Shown piece by piece: positions 60,000 through 64,000 of a DNA stretch of 64,000 bases. A program made the translations under genes and the position numbers. Location of the stretch: positions 64,001 through 128,000 of the forward strand of contig JAWBQR010000001.1 in NCBI GenBank assembly GCA_038845265.1, written 5' to 3'. This stretch comes from Nitrososphaerota archaeon. Lineage in GTDB: Archaea > Thermoproteota > Nitrososphaeria_A > Caldarchaeales > Calditenuaceae. Within the stretch, counting starts at the first letter, position 1. Each line of letters opens with the position of its first letter. The notes below the pieces were generated by a model. The model worked only from the letters and a program-made list of their open reading frames with translations. It searched no databases and was not told the DNA's origin.

Positions 60000-61220
60000 T
60001 CATCTATCCCACTCGACTGGCCATACGTTTTGGCTCCAGTATATAGCGGGTATCTCGGCTATCTTAGCGCCTCTGGCCAGGTATGGAATTACGATTAGGT
60101 TCCGGAATGATGGTGTGAGCATCCTGACCCTGTAAGGCCTATCTGTGCCGTCCGACCTGACATAGTAGACGTTCTCTCCGTGTGCCGCCTCAGCTCTCCC
60201 GATTGCCTCTCCTGCAGGGACCCTGATATTCACTGGGTGCTGCTTATTCTTCACTGGCCCTTCTGGAAGCGCCTCGACCGCCTGAGTGATTATTCTGATG
60301 CTCTGCCGCATCTCTTCGAATGCCACAACTGCTCTTGCATATGAATCTCCTTCACTTCTTATCGGGACCTCGAACTTGAATTCCTTATAGGCGTCGTACG
60401 GCTCATCTATCCTGACGTCCCTCTTGATTCCACAGGCCCTAAGCGTCACTCCCACTGCGCCCAGTTTAACCGCTTCCTGAGCTGTGAGCTTCCCGACATT
60501 TACTGTCCTGTCCATAAAGAGTGCATTGTCCAGTATCAGGTCCCAGTAATGGTCAAGCCTCGCATCGAGGAACTCCATCACTCTCAGGACATATTTCTGA
60601 AAGTCGTCAGTCAATTCGTCCTCGTTTGGTGACTTGCCGGTAGCGTCTCTGTACCAGGCCCTGAACTGCTTTACTAATCCGCTTGGCACCTTCTTTGGCA
60701 CATCATTCCTCACTCCACCGGGAACAAAGTATGAATGAGTTATTCTCTGTCCGCCCATGAACTGGACTAGGTCAACTATGAATTCACGGTCGCCGAATGC
60801 CCACATAAATGTCGTCGTCAATCCGAGGAATACGCCATAAAGCGCGAAGTAGTAGAAGTGGCTTCCAATCCTGTTTAGCTCGGCGACTATAGGCCTGATA
60901 TACTTAGCCCTCAGCGGCGGATCTACTCCCATCAATTTCTCAACGGCTAGGCAGTAGGGATAGAGAAGACCAGCCGCGTCGAGGATCGCCGGCCTCTCAA
61001 GGTGAGGTATATTTGTTATCCATGTCTTGTACTCGCAGAGTTTCTCCTCACCCCTGTGGACGAAGCCTATATCTGGCTCGAGTGAGAGAACCGTATCGCC
61101 TATGACTCTGACTATAAATCTGCAATGACCTGTTCCTGGATGCTGGGGCCCATATGAGAACGCCATCCCCTCGCCAGTATCGTAAATGGATACCTCCTTG
61201 ACCTCATCTGGACAATCCAT
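60000..61220 (-). CDS. nuoD: complex I-like subunit D
   Basis: GPQHPG, GFVHRGEEK, ELNRIGSH, PGGVRND, EWDR C-terminus; no NiFe CxxC motifs. Confidence 0.9.
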   Translation of the reverse strand: MDCPDEVKEVSIYDTGEGMAFSYGPQHPGTGHCRFIVRVIGDTVLSLEPDIGFVHRGEEKLCEYKTWITNIPHLERPAILDAAGLLYPYCLAVEKLMGVDPPLRAKYIRPIVAELNRIGSHFYYFALYGVFLGLTTTFMWAFGDREFIVDLVQFMGGQRITHSYFVPGGVRNDVPKKVPSGLVKQFRAWYRDATGKSPNEDELTDDFQKYVLRVMEFLDARLDHYWDLILDNALFMDRTVNVGKLTAQEAVKLGAVGVTLRACGIKRDVRIDEPYDAYKEFKFEVPIRSEGDSYARAVVAFEEMRQSIRIITQAVEALPEGPVKNKQHPVNIRVPAGEAIGRAEAAHGENVYYVRSDGTDRPYRVRMLTPSFRNLIVIPYLARGAKIAEIPAIYWSQNVWPVEWDR

Positions 61221-61269
61221 GACTTACCGATAAAACTCATTGCCGCGCCTTTAATATAGTATTTTTCGT

Positions 61270-61464
61270 CTACTTACCCGTTCTCTGCATCCTAAATACC
61301 ACTAATCCAAGCAACAGTAATATGATGAATATCAATAGTCCTAGGCGGAGAAATATTCCAAGGACTGCCCTTATACCAGTGAGTAATCCCCACGTAAAGA
61401 TGCTGAATGCGCTTACAAAAGTAACCAGAATGATTATCAATATCATCAATGACCGGGGGCTCAT
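61270..61464 (-). CDS. small two-TM membrane protein
   Basis: 64 aa with two hydrophobic helices; fills the nuoC-nuoD gap on the same strand. Confidence 0.55.
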   Translation of the reverse strand: MSPRSLMILIIILVTFVSAFSIFTWGLLTGIRAVLGIFLRLGLLIFIILLLLGLVVFRMQRTGK

Positions 61465-61475
61465 GATTGTGATTC

Positions 61476-61964
61476 CTACCTGCCCGGAGGCTTATAATCC
61501 TTCCTTAGAGGCGGGATATCTGACCACCATTCTGGCAAGAGCAATCTCCTAAGGTTAGGATGACCAGTGAAGATTATTCCAAACATCTCATATGTCTCAC
61601 GCTCATGATACTCGCAGCTCGGCCAAATCGAGGTAAGCGAGGAGAGCTCGGGATTATCCCTAGGAATCTTGGTAGAGAGTGTTAGGACGATGGATCCTAA
61701 TTCGGGAACAGTATATGAGCCCAGGTGATACATGACCTCGAAGGCGTTCTCAGGCGGCTTTAATGCTGATAGGTCAACGCCAGTCACACCCTTGACGTGG
61801 TCAAATCCCCTTTCCCTCAGAAGTTTCGCGGCTCTAATCAGTGCATCCTTCTCAACAGTTATCTTAATGATCTTTTTATCGAACTTCTCCTCCTTTATCG
61901 AGCCGCCTAAATTCTGCTTCACCGAGTTAATTATTTCTGTAATGATTAATTCGCTCAACTTCAA
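61476..61964 (-). CDS. nuoC: complex I-like subunit C
   Basis: TGVD, ERETYEMFGIIFTGHPNLRRLLL, PLRKDY. Confidence 0.92.
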   Translation of the reverse strand: MKLSELIITEIINSVKQNLGGSIKEEKFDKKIIKITVEKDALIRAAKLLRERGFDHVKGVTGVDLSALKPPENAFEVMYHLGSYTVPELGSIVLTLSTKIPRDNPELSSLTSIWPSCEYHERETYEMFGIIFTGHPNLRRLLLPEWWSDIPPLRKDYKPPGR

Positions 61965-62011
61965 TTACTCATTACTGAGCTTAGATATAGAGATATTTTC
62001 GGTAAGGATTG

Positions 62012-62662
62012 TTAGAGAAATTCGCCAAGTATTTTGTCCCTTAGCAGTAGTAGTCCTTGGATTAGGGCCTCTGGCCTAGGTGGACAACCAGGTACGTATA
62101 CATCCACCGGCACGATGTCGTCTACTCCCTGAATAACGTTGTAGGAGTCCTTAGCGTATAGCCCTCCAGATATTGCACATGCACCCATAGCTACAACCCA
62201 CTTCGGGTCAGGCATCTGGTCATAGATTATTCTTACACGCTGAGCCATCTTTGTCGTAACCGTGCCTTCAATTACTATTACATCCGACTGCCTAAGCGAG
62301 CCGACAGCATTCAGGAATCCAAATCTTTCAGGATCATACCTTGGACTGACGCTACCCGCAAACTCCACTGAGCAGCATGCAGTCGTTAGATGAACAGGAA
62401 ATAAGGAAGAAAGCCGGCCCCAATTCACTAAGTATCTTATAAGGGATCTTCTTCTAATCCACTGAATTATGAAGTTCGGACCATTTCTTCCCTCAACCCT
62501 ATTTACCCTTCCTAGCCCGTATAGCTTAATTGCTTCTCTTTTTTCCTCCTCAGGAATGACTGACTCTTCAAACAGATCAACAATTTTTTCCGATTGTAAG
62601 GTGGAGATCCTAAAGTTGCCTGTTCTAATTCTGAAGCCAATGCCTTGAGGAGCTGAGGACAT
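62012..62662 (-). CDS. nuoB: complex I-like subunit B
   Basis: TACCSVE, QMPDPKWVVAMGACA, VPGCPPRPE. Confidence 0.93.
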   Translation of the reverse strand: MSSAPQGIGFRIRTGNFRISTLQSEKIVDLFEESVIPEEEKREAIKLYGLGRVNRVEGRNGPNFIIQWIRRRSLIRYLVNWGRLSSLFPVHLTTACCSVEFAGSVSPRYDPERFGFLNAVGSLRQSDVIVIEGTVTTKMAQRVRIIYDQMPDPKWVVAMGACAISGGLYAKDSYNVIQGVDDIVPVDVYVPGCPPRPEALIQGLLLLRDKILGEFL

Positions 62663-62746
62663 CCCCAGAAAACATGTTCTACCTTGTTAATTAACTGTTC
62701 CCAAGCAATCGAAAACTTAATCAAAGAATCTGAACAAGGTTTCATC

Positions 62747-63103
62747 ATGAGGGTCTGGAAGCTGAGGAATGATTGGGATGTGTTGAGGCCGGGCGTTTAT
62801 AGACAGATGCTTTCGTTTGACGAGAACATAATGCTTATGATTGTTAAAATCCATCCAGGTGCATGTGTTCCGAAACATAGTCATAGCAATCTACAGACTG
62901 GAGTAGTGATCAAGGGCAAGCTATTATTCCGGACTGATCGCGGAGAGATGGAGATTTCAGAGGGCTGGTCCTACTATATTGAGCCCAATGAGAACCATGA
63001 AGTCTACAACACTACGGATAGGGAGGCCGTGGCGCTTGATATCTTTATGCCAAAGAGGGATGACTACACGCCCTACACACGTCCGCCAGACGTTTCATTA
63101 TAG
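62747..63103 (+). CDS. cupin domain protein
   Basis: PKHSH...Q, G-x-L, IEPNENH, LDIFMPKRDDY. Confidence 0.8.
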   Translation: MRVWKLRNDWDVLRPGVYRQMLSFDENIMLMIVKIHPGACVPKHSHSNLQTGVVIKGKLLFRTDRGEMEISEGWSYYIEPNENHEVYNTTDREAVALDIFMPKRDDYTPYTRPPDVSL

Positions 63104-63104
63104 G

Positions 63105-63755
63105 TTAATCTTGTATTTTTATCCTACTAATGCTCGTCTCTCTCCTAAAGTATAGATATGCAGCAATGGACGTAACGAGAAAAACAATGATCGGTATCGA
63201 TAATGCAATTAGGCCGCCGCCAAGAATGTATGGATAGGTCAGGGAGATAGACAATACTAGTGATGTCGGCAGGATGATGATGAACAATGCAACCAAGAGA
63301 ATCCTCCTAGATTGCCTATGCATTGATAATATCTTGGCGGACTTTATCCAGCTATCCTTTACCTCTATCTTTACTCCATGTTGATTACTTAATCGTCCTA
63401 TATGACGATTGAGTTCTGACAATAAGATGGGGTCAGATGCGCCGAATCCGTCTCTCTTGACCACTCCTACGGGCTCATTCTCTCTTAATATGTGGATATC
63501 CGGCGGAGAGAAAACCACATTCATTCCAAAATTTTTTGCTATCCAATTGACCTTAAGTATCATTTTTGAGTCTAGCTCTATGTTAAGTTCTGGGCCTGAA
63601 TACCCAATGATTAATGGATTGAAAGAATAGATCTTATTGATGACTAATTCGTTGTCCCTGAATGTTGGCATCGTTAGCATTATTGTTGATAATGGTTTAC
63701 CATTATCTACCTCTCCTTTAATCCACTCTAATGCCTTTTCGAATGCCCCAGTCAA
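63105..63755 (-). CDS. hypothetical protein with two C-terminal TM helices
   Basis: 216 aa ORF filling the gap; soluble N-terminus and hydrophobic C-terminus. Confidence 0.55.
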   Translation of the reverse strand: MTGAFEKALEWIKGEVDNGKPLSTIMLTMPTFRDNELVINKIYSFNPLIIGYSGPELNIELDSKMILKVNWIAKNFGMNVVFSPPDIHILRENEPVGVVKRDGFGASDPILLSELNRHIGRLSNQHGVKIEVKDSWIKSAKILSMHRQSRRILLVALFIIILPTSLVLSISLTYPYILGGGLIALSIPIIVFLVTSIAAYLYFRRETSISRIKIQD

Positions 63756-63792
63756 CTCGAGCAGAATAATTTTATCAGGCTAATTTTAGTCT

Positions 63793-64000
63793 TTACTTCT
63801 CTGCGCCCACCCTTATTGTAGTGTCTACTGTTCTGATTGCTGCGGGCGGTAGACTTACAGTTACTTTGACCTTGTCGCCATCTTTTAGCCCATATTTTCC
63901 TCTTAGATAAATTGGGGATATTACCTCGATGACGTTTTCGCCATAGTGTGTCCTCTCTATGAATAGTATGGCGCAGATGTCCTTCTCATTGAATGTTCCG
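63793..64000 (-). CDS. ribK: CTP-dependent riboflavin kinase, C-terminal part (runs off the window)
   Basis: Manual translation: CAILFIERTHYGENVIEVISPIYLRGKYGLKDGDKVKV...EK*. Confidence 0.8.
   Translation of the reverse strand, partial: GTFNEKDICAILFIERTHYGENVIEVISPIYLRGKYGLKDGDKVKVTVSLPPAAIRTVDTTIRVGAEK

Noticed and set aside
60000-61220. NuoD-like gene as a group 4 [NiFe]-hydrogenase large subunit
   Set aside because: Both Ni-binding CxxC motifs are missing.

Overview
64 kb of an archaeal chromosome, most likely a TACK-lineage organism of the Aigarchaeota/Nitrososphaeria type. This is inferred from the histone, multi-OB RPA, FtsZ with a CdrS-like RHH protein, a CdvA-like protein, the NADK-wHTH/Ubl/Cgi121/rps15 cluster and a BHB tRNA intron. 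It is mostly housekeeping: translation (rps2/7/9/10/15, tuf, thrS, metG, valS, rtcB, trmI), DNA metabolism (lig, nfo, RPA), central metabolism (eno, tpiA, glnA, gcvPA/PB/T, SmsCB), thermosome, three tRNAs and a nuoB-C-D fragment. The ORF track misses several signals: two box C/D guide sRNAs, a metG whose conserved N-terminus has no ATG/GTG/TTG start, two short tandem duplications (111 and 154 bp, probably assembly artefacts), and candidate operator repeats. The best candidates for uncharacterised systems are a block between thrS and metG (stand-alone divergent HerA-NurA pair plus an RHH-regulated Cys/Met-rich membrane module) and the NAD-kinase-wHTH locus. No CRISPR array, transposase or integrase was seen. 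All calls come from motif recognition by eye; no searches were run.
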